A stretch of 64,000 nt of DNA from Vulcanimicrobiota bacterium (lineage in GTDB: Bacteria; Vulcanimicrobiota; Vulcanimicrobiia; Vulcanimicrobiales; Vulcanimicrobiaceae): contig OY968762.1 in NCBI GenBank assembly GCA_963695225.1, positions 1,728,001 through 1,792,000 of the forward strand, read 5' to 3'. The notes beneath the pieces were generated by a model. That model was not told the DNA's origin. It saw only the letters and a program-made list of their open reading frames with translations, and did no database searches. Both the position numbers and the translations under genes were made by a program. Below are positions 29,681-39,075 of this stretch, piece by piece (the first letter of the stretch is position 1; every line of letters starts with the position of its first letter).

Positions 29681-30481
29681 CTAGTGGGCGGCCCAGCCTC
29701 CGTCGATCGAGATCGGCGCGCCCGTTATCGAACGGGCGGCATCCGTGCAAAGATAGACGCAAAGTTGCGCGACTTCTTCGGGCTCGATGAAGCGGCGCGT
29801 CGGCATCGCATCGAGGAACGCGCGGGAGAGCGCCTCGTCCTCGCTGATCCCGCCGCCGTACGAAGCGACGAGTTGCGGAGCCTGCTTGCGAATGAGGTCG
29901 GTCAACACGACCCCGGGGCAGACCGCGTTCACGGTGATCCCGTGGAGCGCCCCTTCGAGCGCGGCGGCGCGCGTGAGGCCGACGACGCCGTGCTTCGCGG
30001 CGATGTAGGCCGGTTTGTACGGCGACGCGACGAGTCCATGGACGCTCGCGATGTTGACGATGCGTCCGCGCTTGCGCGCGAGCATGTGCGGCCACACGGC
30101 CTTCGTCGCGTAGAAGACGCCGTCGAGATTCACGGAGGTGACGAAATCCCAGCGCTCGTCGGGAAAATCCGGGAGCGGCGCGACGAATTGCACGCCTGCG
30201 TTGTTGATGAGGTGGTCGATCGAACCGAAATCGTCCGCGATGCCGCCGATGGTAGCGCGGAGCAGGTCGCCGCGCCGGACGTCGACCGCGTATCCCTGCG
30301 TGCGGACGCCCGCCTCGGCCGCGATGCGTTCCGCGGTCGCGCGAACTTCGCCGCCCTCCAGATCGAGCAGCGCGACGCCGGAGCCGGCTTGCGCGAGCGC
30401 GAGTGCGGTAGCGGCGCCGATGCCGCGGCTCGCACCGGTGACGATGCTGACGCGGCCGGAGAGTGGCCGTTGCGTGCTCAT
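29681..30481 (-). CDS. 3-hydroxybutyrate dehydrogenase-like SDR
   Basis: TGASRGIG, NNAGVQFVAP, ASVHGLVASPYKPAYIAAKHG. Confidence 0.88.
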   Translation of the reverse strand: MSTQRPLSGRVSIVTGASRGIGAATALALAQAGSGVALLDLEGGEVRATAERIAAEAGVRTQGYAVDVRRGDLLRATIGGIADDFGSIDHLINNAGVQFVAPLPDFPDERWDFVTSVNLDGVFYATKAVWPHMLARKRGRIVNIASVHGLVASPYKPAYIAAKHGVVGLTRAAALEGALHGITVNAVCPGVVLTDLIRKQAPQLVASYGGGISEDEALSRAFLDAMPTRRFIEPEEVAQLCVYLCTDAARSITGAPISIDGGWAAH

Positions 30482-31416
30482 TTGTTCAAAGGCACCCGTT
30501 CCAAGAAGTATTGATAGGTGGCTTCCATCCCCCGGCGCAGATCCGTCGCCGCGGTCCAGCCCAGCTCGCGCTGCGCGAGCGAGGCGTCGAATTGCGCGTC
30601 GCGCACGTCGCCCGCGCGCTTGGGCGCGTGCGTGACCGGCGCTTCGAAGCCGGTGATATCGACGAGCGCGCGATAGATCTCGTTGACGCTCGTCTTCCGG
30701 CCGGTTCCGATCACGTAGCACGTTCCGCCCCCGCGCTCGAGCGCGAGGACGTTCGCACGCGCGACGTCGCCCGAGAATACGTAGTCGCGCGTCTGTTCGC
30801 CGTCGGAATCGATCCGCACGCCCTGCCGCGCGATGAACTTGCCGATGAAGATCGAGATCACGCCCGCTTCGCCGTTGGGGTCCTGGCGCGGGCCGTAGAC
30901 GTTGCCGTAACGCAACGCCGTGAAATCGAGGCCGTGCTCGGCTTTGTAGAAGCGCAGGTAGTGCTCGCCGACCATCTTCGTTATCCCGTACGGCGAGGCT
31001 GGGCGCTGCGGGGTCGCCTCCGAGATCGGAAGCTGCTCCGGCTCGCCGAACGTCGCGCCGCTGGACGCGTAGATCACCTTCCGAACGGCGGTCTTGACCG
31101 AGCAGTCCAGAACGTTGATCAGCCCCAACACGTTCACGTCGGCATCGAAGTGAGGATCGCGCGAGCCGATCGCGACGCTATGCTGGGCCGCGTGGTGGCA
31201 CACGACCTCGGGGCGGAAATCCCGGAAGACGCGCTCGAGTTGGTGATCGCGGATGTCCATGTGGACGAAATGCGCGCGCTTCGGGATGTTCTCGCGACGT
31301 CCGCCGCCGTGATCCCAGAGGCTATCGACGATCGCGATTTCGTGCCCCTCGGCAAAATACGCATCGGCTATCGTGGAGCCGATGAAGCCGGCACCGCCGG
31401 TGATCAAAATACGCAC
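30478..31416 (-). CDS. NAD-dependent epimerase/dehydratase (UDP-glucose 4-epimerase-like)
   Basis: RILITGGAGFIGS, SPYGITK, LRYGNVYGPRQDP.GEAGVI; GTG start with AAAGGGG RBS. Confidence 0.92.
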   Translation of the reverse strand: MRILITGGAGFIGSTIADAYFAEGHEIAIVDSLWDHGGGRRENIPKRAHFVHMDIRDHQLERVFRDFRPEVVCHHAAQHSVAIGSRDPHFDADVNVLGLINVLDCSVKTAVRKVIYASSGATFGEPEQLPISEATPQRPASPYGITKMVGEHYLRFYKAEHGLDFTALRYGNVYGPRQDPNGEAGVISIFIGKFIARQGVRIDSDGEQTRDYVFSGDVARANVLALERGGGTCYVIGTGRKTSVNEIYRALVDITGFEAPVTHAPKRAGDVRDAQFDASLAQRELGWTAATDLRRGMEATYQYFLERVPLNK

Positions 31417-31594
31417 GAGGACCCCTTTACTCCACGAGGCGCGCGGATACCACTTTGGAGGTATCTCCGATCCTAGCGTTATCGGCCGGGGACCGCATGG
31501 GCGCTTCGTCTCGGTCGGCGGGCGACGCTTGGGGAAGCGCGCGCCGCCCGGCGCCGAGCTTGCGGCGCGAACCCGTCGCCGCGATCGGTGCCGC

Positions 31595-33943
31595 GTGGAG
31601 CAATACCGGCTCGCCGCGCTCGCGGCGGCATTCGCGTTGGGCACGGTGGCCGCGATCCGCGGATACGGTCTCGCGGCGCTCGGTTGCGGTCTTTGCGCGG
31701 CGCTTGCGGCGGAGGGCGCCGCCGCGTTCGGTGCGTCGCCGAGCGGACTCGGGCGGCTGCGCCGGATGGCGCTCGCGGCGCTCGCCTGCGGAATCCTGAA
31801 CGGCGCCGCGCGCGGCGGGCTCGAGCCCCTTCCCGGCGCCGGACGGATAGTGACGCTGGAAGGCACGGTCCTCGACGAGATCCGGCCGGAGGCGTTCGGC
31901 TCGAGCTTCGTCCTCGGAACGAACGGTATGCGCCTGCGCGTCGAGGCGAGCGGTCCTGCCCCCGGCATCGCCGAGCGGTTGCAGGTGCGCGGCCGCCTCG
32001 CCGAACTCGACGGCCCGCGCAACGAGGGCGAGCCGTCGCCCAAGGAACTTGCCGCCGAACGCGGGATCCGCGGCGAACTCCGGCACGCCCGGATCCTCGC
32101 TCGCGCGCCGCCTGATCCGGGCGACCCGAACGTTTGGCTCCCGCTCGCACGCGCGCGGGCCGTCGAGCGGATCCATCGCGAGGTCGAAGAGCCCCAAGCC
32201 TCGATCCTTGCCGGCGCGCTCTGGGGGGGACGCGGGACGCTCCCGCCCGACTTGCGCGCGGAGTTCCAAGATACGGGCACCATGCACGTGCTGGTGACGG
32301 CGGGCTTGCACCTCGGCGCGGTGGCGGCGCTGACGCTCGCGCTCGCACGGTGGTGCGGGGGCGGGCGGATCGCGGCTTCGCTCGTAACGATCGCCGCGAT
32401 TTGGTGCTACGCGCTGCTGAGCGGCGCGCATCTCCCTGCCGTGCGGGCCGCGACGATGCTTTCGTTCGGCCTCGGGCTGCACGCGGCCGGGAGGCGCGCG
32501 CTCACCTGGAACGCGCTCGCGGCGGCGGGGACCGCGATCGCGCTAGTCCGGCCGCGCTCCGTCGCTTCGGCCTCGTTCGCGCTTTCGTTTGCGTGCGTCT
32601 CGGCGATCCTGCTCTTCGCGGGGCCGATCGCGCGCCGCTTGCGCGCGAGCAGGGTTCCGCACGTCGTCGCCGAGGCGATAGCGTTGACGCTCGCGACGCA
32701 GATCGGGACGTGGCCGATCACGGCGGCGACGTTCCTCGTCTTCGCGCCGTACGCGCCGCTCGCGAACGCGCTCGTCGTGCCGGTCGTCGGGAGCGCGCTC
32801 GTCGTCGGGCTCGCGGCCCTCGCGGCGAGCCCGCTCCCGCCGCTCGCGCACGCGCTCTACGCCGTCGACGATGCGCTCGTCGCGTGGATCGTCGCCGTCG
32901 TGCGCGCGGTCGCGAGCTTGCCGGCGGCGCACGCCGTGATGACCCCCGCCCCGGAATGGGCGATCGCGCTGTATTGCGCCGGGATGATCGCGGTAGCCGC
33001 CGCGCTAGCCCGGGGACGGCGGGGCATCGCGCTCGCGGTCGCGGTCGCGTGCACCGCGCTCGTGCTCTGGCCGCCGCGCGCGCCGCAGAGGGGCGTCGCG
33101 ATCGAAGCGCTCGACGTCGGGCAGGGCGATGCGATCCTCGTGCGGATGCCGGAGGGGCGCAGCCTCCTGATCGACGCCGGCGGCAGACTCGAACGCGGTT
33201 CGCTCGCCGACGGCAGTTCCTCCGCCGAGGCGATCGGCGAGCGCATCGTCGTTCCGGCGCTGATTCGCGCCGGGATTCACCGGCTCGACGTGCTGCTGCT
33301 GACGCACCCGCACGGCGACCACGTAGGCGGCTGCGCGCCGCTCCTGCGGACGCTGCGCGTCGGCGCGATCCTCGACAGCGGGCAAACCTACGGTGGGCAT
33401 GCATATCGCGATTGCCTCGCGGAGGCGCGCGCGCGCCGCGTGCCGGTCCACGTCGCGAGCGCGGGGGAGGTTTACCGGTTCGACGGGGAGATCGCGCTGC
33501 GCATCCTCGCGCCGAGCGCCCCGTATTTCGCCGACGGCCCGAACGATGTGAACGAGAACTCGATCGTCGCGCTGCTCGAGTACCGCTGCCCGGCCTGCAC
33601 GGCTCCGTTGCGCGCGCTCTTCATGGGCGACGCCGGCATCCAATCGGAGGCGCGCCTCCTGGAAGGCGGAATCGGCCTGCACGCGGACGTGCTCAAAGTC
33701 GGGCATCACGGCAGCGCCTACTCCTCGAGCCCCGCATTCGTGCGCGCCGTATCGCCCCGCTATGCGCTCATCTCCGTCGGCCGCGACAATCCGTTCGGCC
33801 ATCCCGCCGCCTCGACGCTCGAAACGCTCCGCTCCGGCGGCGCGCTACTGCTGCGCACCGATACGTCGTGCGCGCAAGCGGTGGAGCTCGAACCGGACGG
33901 GCGCATCGCGCAACGGCAGACGTGTCCGCGCACCGGATTCTGA
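31595..33943 (+). CDS. comEC: Competence DNA channel ComEC/Rec2
   Basis: OB-like domain, Competence domain (GTMHVLVTAGLH, RAATM, FALSF), metallo-beta-lactamase domain (DVGQGD, THPHGDH, KVGHHGS); start approximate. Confidence 0.92.
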   Translation: MEQYRLAALAAAFALGTVAAIRGYGLAALGCGLCAALAAEGAAAFGASPSGLGRLRRMALAALACGILNGAARGGLEPLPGAGRIVTLEGTVLDEIRPEAFGSSFVLGTNGMRLRVEASGPAPGIAERLQVRGRLAELDGPRNEGEPSPKELAAERGIRGELRHARILARAPPDPGDPNVWLPLARARAVERIHREVEEPQASILAGALWGGRGTLPPDLRAEFQDTGTMHVLVTAGLHLGAVAALTLALARWCGGGRIAASLVTIAAIWCYALLSGAHLPAVRAATMLSFGLGLHAAGRRALTWNALAAAGTAIALVRPRSVASASFALSFACVSAILLFAGPIARRLRASRVPHVVAEAIALTLATQIGTWPITAATFLVFAPYAPLANALVVPVVGSALVVGLAALAASPLPPLAHALYAVDDALVAWIVAVVRAVASLPAAHAVMTPAPEWAIALYCAGMIAVAAALARGRRGIALAVAVACTALVLWPPRAPQRGVAIEALDVGQGDAILVRMPEGRSLLIDAGGRLERGSLADGSSSAEAIGERIVVPALIRAGIHRLDVLLLTHPHGDHVGGCAPLLRTLRVGAILDSGQTYGGHAYRDCLAEARARRVPVHVASAGEVYRFDGEIALRILAPSAPYFADGPNDVNENSIVALLEYRCPACTAPLRALFMGDAGIQSEARLLEGGIGLHADVLKVGHHGSAYSSSPAFVRAVSPRYALISVGRDNPFGHPAASTLETLRSGGALLLRTDTSCAQAVELEPDGRIAQRQTCPRTGF

Positions 33944-34056
33944 CGACCAATCGTCCTCGCAGGCGCCGGGCGCAGCGGCGATATCTTGGCGCGCGAAGCG
34001 ATCTGCGAACGCCGGGCCTGAATCGGGTTCGCGCTATCCGAGCCGCGACGGCTCAG

Positions 34057-35808
34057 TCAGAGCGCAATCAAACTCGCGCGCGCGTACTGCGCGACGGTGC
34101 CGGCCGCGACCTGAAGCTTCAGTCTGCCGGGCGCCGGCCGATCCACCGGGGCCGAGCCCGCGGCGAACACGTACTCCCACTTGCCGCTGCCGGAATGCTC
34201 GGCGCTCGCGAAGTCCTCCCACGAATCGGTCGTTTGCAGGCGGACCGTCGCACCCGGCGCTCCCGATTTCACCCAGCACCCCGCCGCGTACGCCTTTCCC
34301 GCTTCGAACGTGAAGCCGGGCTGGCCCAGCCACGTCTCCCCGTCGCCCGCATCGATCTCGAGCGCATGCGCGCCGCCGGGTGAGAAGCGCAACTGGTTCG
34401 CGAGCGTCGCAGCGTCGAGGTCGCGTGCGTCGACGGTTCCGGCACCGTCCGGAACCCAGGCCGCCGGACCCGCTCCGTCCCACGCTTCGAAATCGGCGTT
34501 CCGAACGGCGAGTGCCGCCGGCGCGACGGCGAGATCCGCCAGCGCGTTGCGCGTGATCGTCGCGACGGCGTTCGAACCCGCGAGGCCGCCGCCCCAATTG
34601 ACGGTCGCGGCCGTGAAGACCGTGCCGTTGCGCCGGAAGACGCCCATCGTGGCAAAGCCGCCCTTGCCGTTCGGGGCCCAGTCGGTCAGATCGGCGGTGG
34701 CGAGCGGGACGAAATCAGGCGGCGTGCCGTCGGTGCCGAGCGCGCGCGTCCCATCCAGTAGAGCCGCGTCGGTCTCGTAGCCCAAGATCGAATCGTCCAC
34801 GCTCGTGCCGTTCCCGAACTCGTCGCCGCGGGAGAGCCCGGTTCCGCGCAGGAGCGGGTGGCCGGGCGTCACGACGGTGTAGCCCCGAAAGCGCCGCTCG
34901 GGAACGACGGGATCGACCCACCAGCCGGCGCCGTTCCTGTAGCTGACGCCCGTCATGCCGTTTTCGGGGCGCGAGACCGGCGAGTCGTACCACGCGCACG
35001 TAATGCGCTCCGGATCGTCGCGCTGCGGATCGGGCGAACGGCCGGCGTCGCCCTCCTTGTAGCAGACGATCCGGCGCCCGCCGCTCGCGAAGTCGACGCG
35101 TATCTGCCAATAGCACGTGTTCGCGCTGAAGAAGCACGCGTTGCCGCCGCTTGCGATGAACGCCTCGACTTGATCGCGCATCTCGAGCGACCAGTATTCG
35201 TCGTGACCGAGGCTCACGAAGAGCCGGTACGGCTCGAGCAAACGCGGGTCGAAATGCAGATCCAGGCTCGAGCACACGTCGAACGAGATGCCGTTCGACT
35301 CGGCCCACTGCAAGAACGGGAGTTGATAGATCTCGTAGAGCCCGAGGTCGGCGGGGCGATCGAGCGAGATCGCGGGCGCGGGCGGCGCGCTGTAGAAGCT
35401 CAGGCCGCCCCAAGCATTGTAGGCTTGCGCCGTCGTATCGCTGATCTTGAGCAAGATGCGCGAGGGGCCCGGCGTCGTCGCCCGCACCAGGAACGGCATC
35501 GTGCACGACGCATCGCCCGAGGTCGCGATCGCGACGTAGTATCCGCTCTTCCACTCCGCCGGAACGATCGTTCGGCACTGCGGATCCGCCGGCCAGTCGC
35601 AACCTTGCACGGCGAGCGTGGCGTCGTCTTGCGCGCCCGGGGCGAAGGCCGTGCCCCGAGCGCTCTGCAGGACGGTATCGACGAGGCCGCGGCGGCAGAC
35701 GTTCAGCGTGAAGTCGCGATGAGCCGCGTCGGAGCGAACGTGAAAATCGATCGTCTCGCTGGGCGCCGCCGAAACGACCGAAGCGTACCCTTCAAGCGCC
35801 GCTGCCAT
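34057..35808 (-). CDS. N,N-dimethylformamidase large-subunit-like (DUF6605) protein with C-terminal CBM-like domain
   Basis: W.SGYY, TAQAYNAWGG.SFY, GHDEYWS, FFSANTCYWQIR, GYETD; C-terminal N..FE.W beta-sandwich. Confidence 0.8.
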   Translation of the reverse strand: MAAALEGYASVVSAAPSETIDFHVRSDAAHRDFTLNVCRRGLVDTVLQSARGTAFAPGAQDDATLAVQGCDWPADPQCRTIVPAEWKSGYYVAIATSGDASCTMPFLVRATTPGPSRILLKISDTTAQAYNAWGGLSFYSAPPAPAISLDRPADLGLYEIYQLPFLQWAESNGISFDVCSSLDLHFDPRLLEPYRLFVSLGHDEYWSLEMRDQVEAFIASGGNACFFSANTCYWQIRVDFASGGRRIVCYKEGDAGRSPDPQRDDPERITCAWYDSPVSRPENGMTGVSYRNGAGWWVDPVVPERRFRGYTVVTPGHPLLRGTGLSRGDEFGNGTSVDDSILGYETDAALLDGTRALGTDGTPPDFVPLATADLTDWAPNGKGGFATMGVFRRNGTVFTAATVNWGGGLAGSNAVATITRNALADLAVAPAALAVRNADFEAWDGAGPAAWVPDGAGTVDARDLDAATLANQLRFSPGGAHALEIDAGDGETWLGQPGFTFEAGKAYAAGCWVKSGAPGATVRLQTTDSWEDFASAEHSGSGKWEYVFAAGSAPVDRPAPGRLKLQVAAGTVAQYARASLIAL

Positions 35809-35859
35809 CGTGCGTCGACGTTACGGCATCCGGCCGCTCGGGGTCAAGTGGAGGTAGGC

Positions 35860-36210
35860 CTACTGTTTTCCCTTGACGTTGTTTTCCTGCGTCATCAGAA
35901 GGATCCGGTCGGCATGGCGCTGACCGAGCATCTTCTGATCGTAGAACACCTTGACGTACTGGCCCGGCTTGATCGCGGTCATCTGATACGTGGTCTTGCC
36001 GTCGCTCGAGAAGACCTGATTGAACTTCGGCACGATCAGGAAGCTCAGCGTCTCGTTCGTTTTCGTGTTCGTAACTTTGAGATTGTCACTTGAAACATGA
36101 TTGACGATCCCCGTGAACGTCGCGGAGCCGACCTTGGTTTCCGCATTCGCAGGGGCGTACGTCAGGTTCGGCAGTACCAGCGCAAGAAGAAGGAAAGCGA
36201 GGGCTCTCAT
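35860..36210 (-). CDS. Small secreted beta-rich (OB-fold/DUF5666-like) protein
   Basis: Signal peptide ending ANA; FTGIVNHVS, IKPGQYVKVFY. Confidence 0.7.
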   Translation of the reverse strand: MRALAFLLLALVLPNLTYAPANAETKVGSATFTGIVNHVSSDNLKVTNTKTNETLSFLIVPKFNQVFSSDGKTTYQMTAIKPGQYVKVFYDQKMLGQRHADRILLMTQENNVKGKQ

Positions 36211-36354
36211 GGATCCGACCTTTCAAAAGAAGTATTCCGGCGCGGATCTTCCGCTCCGGAGCGGAGAACTCGAGTGCCCCTGCCCGTGACTCCAAGCAAA
36301 GCAAGGGCGGACGGCCGCGGAGCTGCACGGCCGATAATCGGCTCGGCGACTGCG

Positions 36355-36513
36355 TTAGACCCGCACGCCCCGGCCGGTCAGCACGTTGAACACGATCAAA
36401 ACGAGCGCGATGACCAGCAGCAGATGAATGAGCGCGCCGCCGACGTGCAGCGCTAGGCCGGCTATCCAGAAGATGAAGAGTATGACGATGGCCGCCCACA
36501 GAATCCCGAGTAT
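36355..36513 (-). CDS. lmo0937/DUF5670-family small membrane protein
   Basis: (M)LGILWAAIVILFIFWIAGLALHVGGALIHLLLVIALVLIVFNVLTGRGVRV; GGAGG RBS precedes an ATA codon; alternative in-frame GTG at 36525. Confidence 0.85.
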   Translation of the reverse strand: MLGILWAAIVILFIFWIAGLALHVGGALIHLLLVIALVLIVFNVLTGRGVRV

Positions 36514-36779
36514 GTTGCCCTCCACGCTGCTCTAATTCCAACGGGCACGCGCCGCCAAACACGAGCGCATCGCCGCGGCGTCCGTGGTCGCGGCAAGAGG
36601 CCTCAGTTCACGACCGCGCCCGAGCTTCATGAGTCACGGGCAAACTAAGATGGGGAGACGGGAGGGGAGCGCCATGGGAGCGATTCGCTGTGTGCCGGAG
36701 GCGATCGCGGACGGACAACCTCAGGCTCCTTGACGAGCGTTACAGCCTGGCGCAAGCGCGGCCGGCAACTCACAGGCGA

Positions 36780-37035
36780 GGGCATGCCGACGGGCCTCAA
36801 TACGGTTATCGACGGCGGCGGTGAGACCGGCGGCGGAATCCTGAAGCATGAAGATACCGGGAGCCGCCTCCTCGTCGGTTCCGTACGTGCTCGTTAGCGA
36901 TATCGAGGAGCATAGGAAGAAACCCGAGTCGCTCGGCGCGACGCTGATGGTCCCCGTCACCGACGTCGGGATGGGGAACTACGCATTCTCAGCGATCCGA
37001 CGGGAGCACCGATCGGCCTCCGGCAGCCTTCTGGT
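36780..37035 (+). pseudogene. Frameshifted VOC/glyoxalase-family gene remnant
   Basis: TVIDGGGETGGGILKH / IPGAASSSVPYVLVSDIEEHRKKPESLGATLMVPVTDVGMGNYA / SDPTGAPIGL separated by two frameshifts. Confidence 0.75.
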
Positions 37036-37233
37036 TCTGGATACGGACGCGCGCTCGATGCGATCGCTTCTCTGGAACGCGAGCCAGGGCAGGCAGGCTC
37101 ATCGGCGTATCGAACGCGGCCATGCGTGAGTAGCGATCGGCGGCAAAACAACAGCGTGTCATTGCCGGCTGACGGGCTCCAGCGTCACACGCCGGCGTGC
37201 TTCCTTGTGAATCACGCGCTTGGAGAAGCAACG

Positions 37234-38112
37234 ATGAGCCGAGTTCTGCGCAGCGTGTTGGTTGCGTTTGCTGCGCTTGCAATCATTCTTTCCGCATCTT
37301 TCGTTTCCGCTCAGGAAGACCGCCCCGGGTCGAAGGACTATCCGGGGATCCCTCGCATGCCGGGGTACGTCATCACCGGCTACGAAGACTCACAATTCGA
37401 CTCGTATAGCTTTAAGGTTACTCAGGGGACAAGCGAGAAGCAGCAGACGGTCGAAGGACACCGTTACTTCTTCCGATACGAAGCCGGAAGCGGCGGCGCC
37501 GGGAATACCACCGCGCTGCAAATCGTTCGAAATTATCAGAATGCAGCGCGCGCCGCGGGCGGGCAAGTGCTGCGCGATGCCGGCGGCAATGACGATCGCG
37601 AGACCACGCTTCGCCTGGTCAAAGACGGCAGCGAACTGTGGATCGCCATAGGCACGACGGGTCGTGCACCGAGCCACTACGTCATGTACATCGTCGCGAA
37701 GCAAGCAATGCACCAGGAAGTCACGCTGGATGCGTCCGCTATGGCGAGCGATATCGGCAGCGCGGGGCGGGTCGCCGTGTACGGCATTCACTTCGATACG
37801 GGCAGCTCGGAGCTGAAAGGCGATTCTGAACCTGCACTCGTCGAGATCACGAAGCTTCTCGACCGTAACCCAACCCTGAGAGTGTACGTGGTCGGACATA
37901 CTGACATGACGGCGAGCCTGGCGACGAACGTGCAATTGTCGCAGGCACGGGCTCAGTCGGTTGTCAACGCGCTGGCCGGCAAACACGGCATTGCCGCCTC
38001 TCGACTCATTCCGTTCGGTGCCGGCCCGTATGCGCCGGTAGCGAGCAACAGAACCGAAGAAGGGCGAGCCAAGAACCGAAGGGTCGAACTCGTAGAAATC
38101 GCAGTCAAGTAG
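37234..38112 (+). CDS. OmpA-family peptidoglycan-binding protein with DUF4892-like N-domain
   Basis: Signal peptide; D.PGSKDYP..RMPG; GIHFDTGS, VGHTD, LSQARAQSV, GRAKNRRVE. Confidence 0.9.
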   Translation: MSRVLRSVLVAFAALAIILSASFVSAQEDRPGSKDYPGIPRMPGYVITGYEDSQFDSYSFKVTQGTSEKQQTVEGHRYFFRYEAGSGGAGNTTALQIVRNYQNAARAAGGQVLRDAGGNDDRETTLRLVKDGSELWIAIGTTGRAPSHYVMYIVAKQAMHQEVTLDASAMASDIGSAGRVAVYGIHFDTGSSELKGDSEPALVEITKLLDRNPTLRVYVVGHTDMTASLATNVQLSQARAQSVVNALAGKHGIAASRLIPFGAGPYAPVASNRTEEGRAKNRRVELVEIAVK

Positions 38113-38118
38113 CAGCCG

Positions 38119-38146
38119 GAAGGGCCCCGATAACTCGGGGCCCTTC
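38119..38146 (+). terminator. Terminator-like hairpin after the OmpA gene
   Basis: gaagggccccga-taac-tcggggcccttc, perfect 12-bp stem; weak T tail. Confidence 0.65.
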
Positions 38147-38290
38147 GCTCTTATCGCCGCCTCTGCACTATCGCATTGCGCGCGTTCTTCGAGGCCTCGG
38201 CGCCGAGCGCGGGCTACCGATCGGCAGAGCCTCGTCCTCGCGGTCTATCGTGCGGCGCAGAAAGGAGGGCCGATCGGCGATATCCTCCTG

Positions 38291-38845
38291 TTGAGCAACG
38301 CGATCGCGCACTGCACGCCGTACGTCGGCTCCATCGAGCGCTTGAATCCCGTCTCGACGTTCGAGCGAGAATCCGCTCCGCGTGCCGTCGGTCCGGGCGG
38401 TATCGCGATCGGCGATGCGAGCGCATTCGCCGGAACGTTCGAAGCAGCGAGAACGCGCCACGAATGCACGCTCGGCATCGCGGCGCACAACGACGACTTC
38501 TCGGCACGCCGGCTTCCGATCCTCACCGGATATCGCTTCTTCAACGCGCGAAACGGGATGCAATTCGTTCCGGCCGATCCACGCTTGCGCCCCGTCGAAG
38601 AGTACAAGGTCCACTTCGATGCATCGATCGAGAACCCGATCTTCGACCGAGGGGTCGTCGAAGGGCGCGATCCGATGCAACGCCTGCTGACGGAAGATTC
38701 CGCCGCGGTCGTCGTGCGCTGGCGCGACGGGCAGCGAGCGGGCGCGCGCGAGTTCCTCCTCTTCGTCACCGCCGGATTGTTCGCGATCTGTCCCGCGATG
38801 CTGCTCGAACTCTGGAAGCCGCGCCTCATCAAGCCCGATCCATAG
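38291..38845 (+). CDS. Hypothetical protein with C-terminal TM; 5' end uncertain, possibly truncated
   Basis: Coding-like codon use, C-terminal FLLFVTAGLFAICPAMLL; frame stays open upstream without a clear start. Confidence 0.45.
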   Translation: MSNAIAHCTPYVGSIERLNPVSTFERESAPRAVGPGGIAIGDASAFAGTFEAARTRHECTLGIAAHNDDFSARRLPILTGYRFFNARNGMQFVPADPRLRPVEEYKVHFDASIENPIFDRGVVEGRDPMQRLLTEDSAAVVVRWRDGQRAGAREFLLFVTAGLFAICPAMLLELWKPRLIKPDP

Positions 38846-38869
38846 GAGCGAAAAAGGAACGCGCTCGGC

Positions 38870-39035
38870 CGATCAGAAGACCGAACCTGTTCGCGTGCGC
38901 GGGAAGCCGGTGTGAAGCCGGCACGGTCGCGCCACTGTCAGCGGGGAGCCGCCGGGCGTCACGGTCTTCGGATTCGGAAGGCGTGCGGCACATAGGCTAA
39001 GATCCGCGGAGTCAGGATACCGACGCGCGAGCCAA
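38870..39035 (+). ncRNA. Cobalamin (B12) riboswitch
   Basis: GGGAA-GCCGGTG-TGAA-GCCGGCAC (38901), GCCACTGT (38931), GGAAGG (38976), GAGTCAGGA B12 box (39009); directly upstream of a TonB receptor. Confidence 0.9.
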
Positions 39036-39075
39036 CGCTCACACTTCAACCTCGCGAAAAGGTTTGTGTCTCCTG

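Noticed and set aside
36630..36680. c-di-GMP-I (GEMM) riboswitch suggested by GGCAAAC
   Set aside because: No GAAA tetraloop stem or GCAAAG junction follows
36210..38290. Insertion sequence or prophage explaining the AT-richer islet
   Set aside because: No transposase, integrase, terminal inverted repeats or target-site duplication recognised
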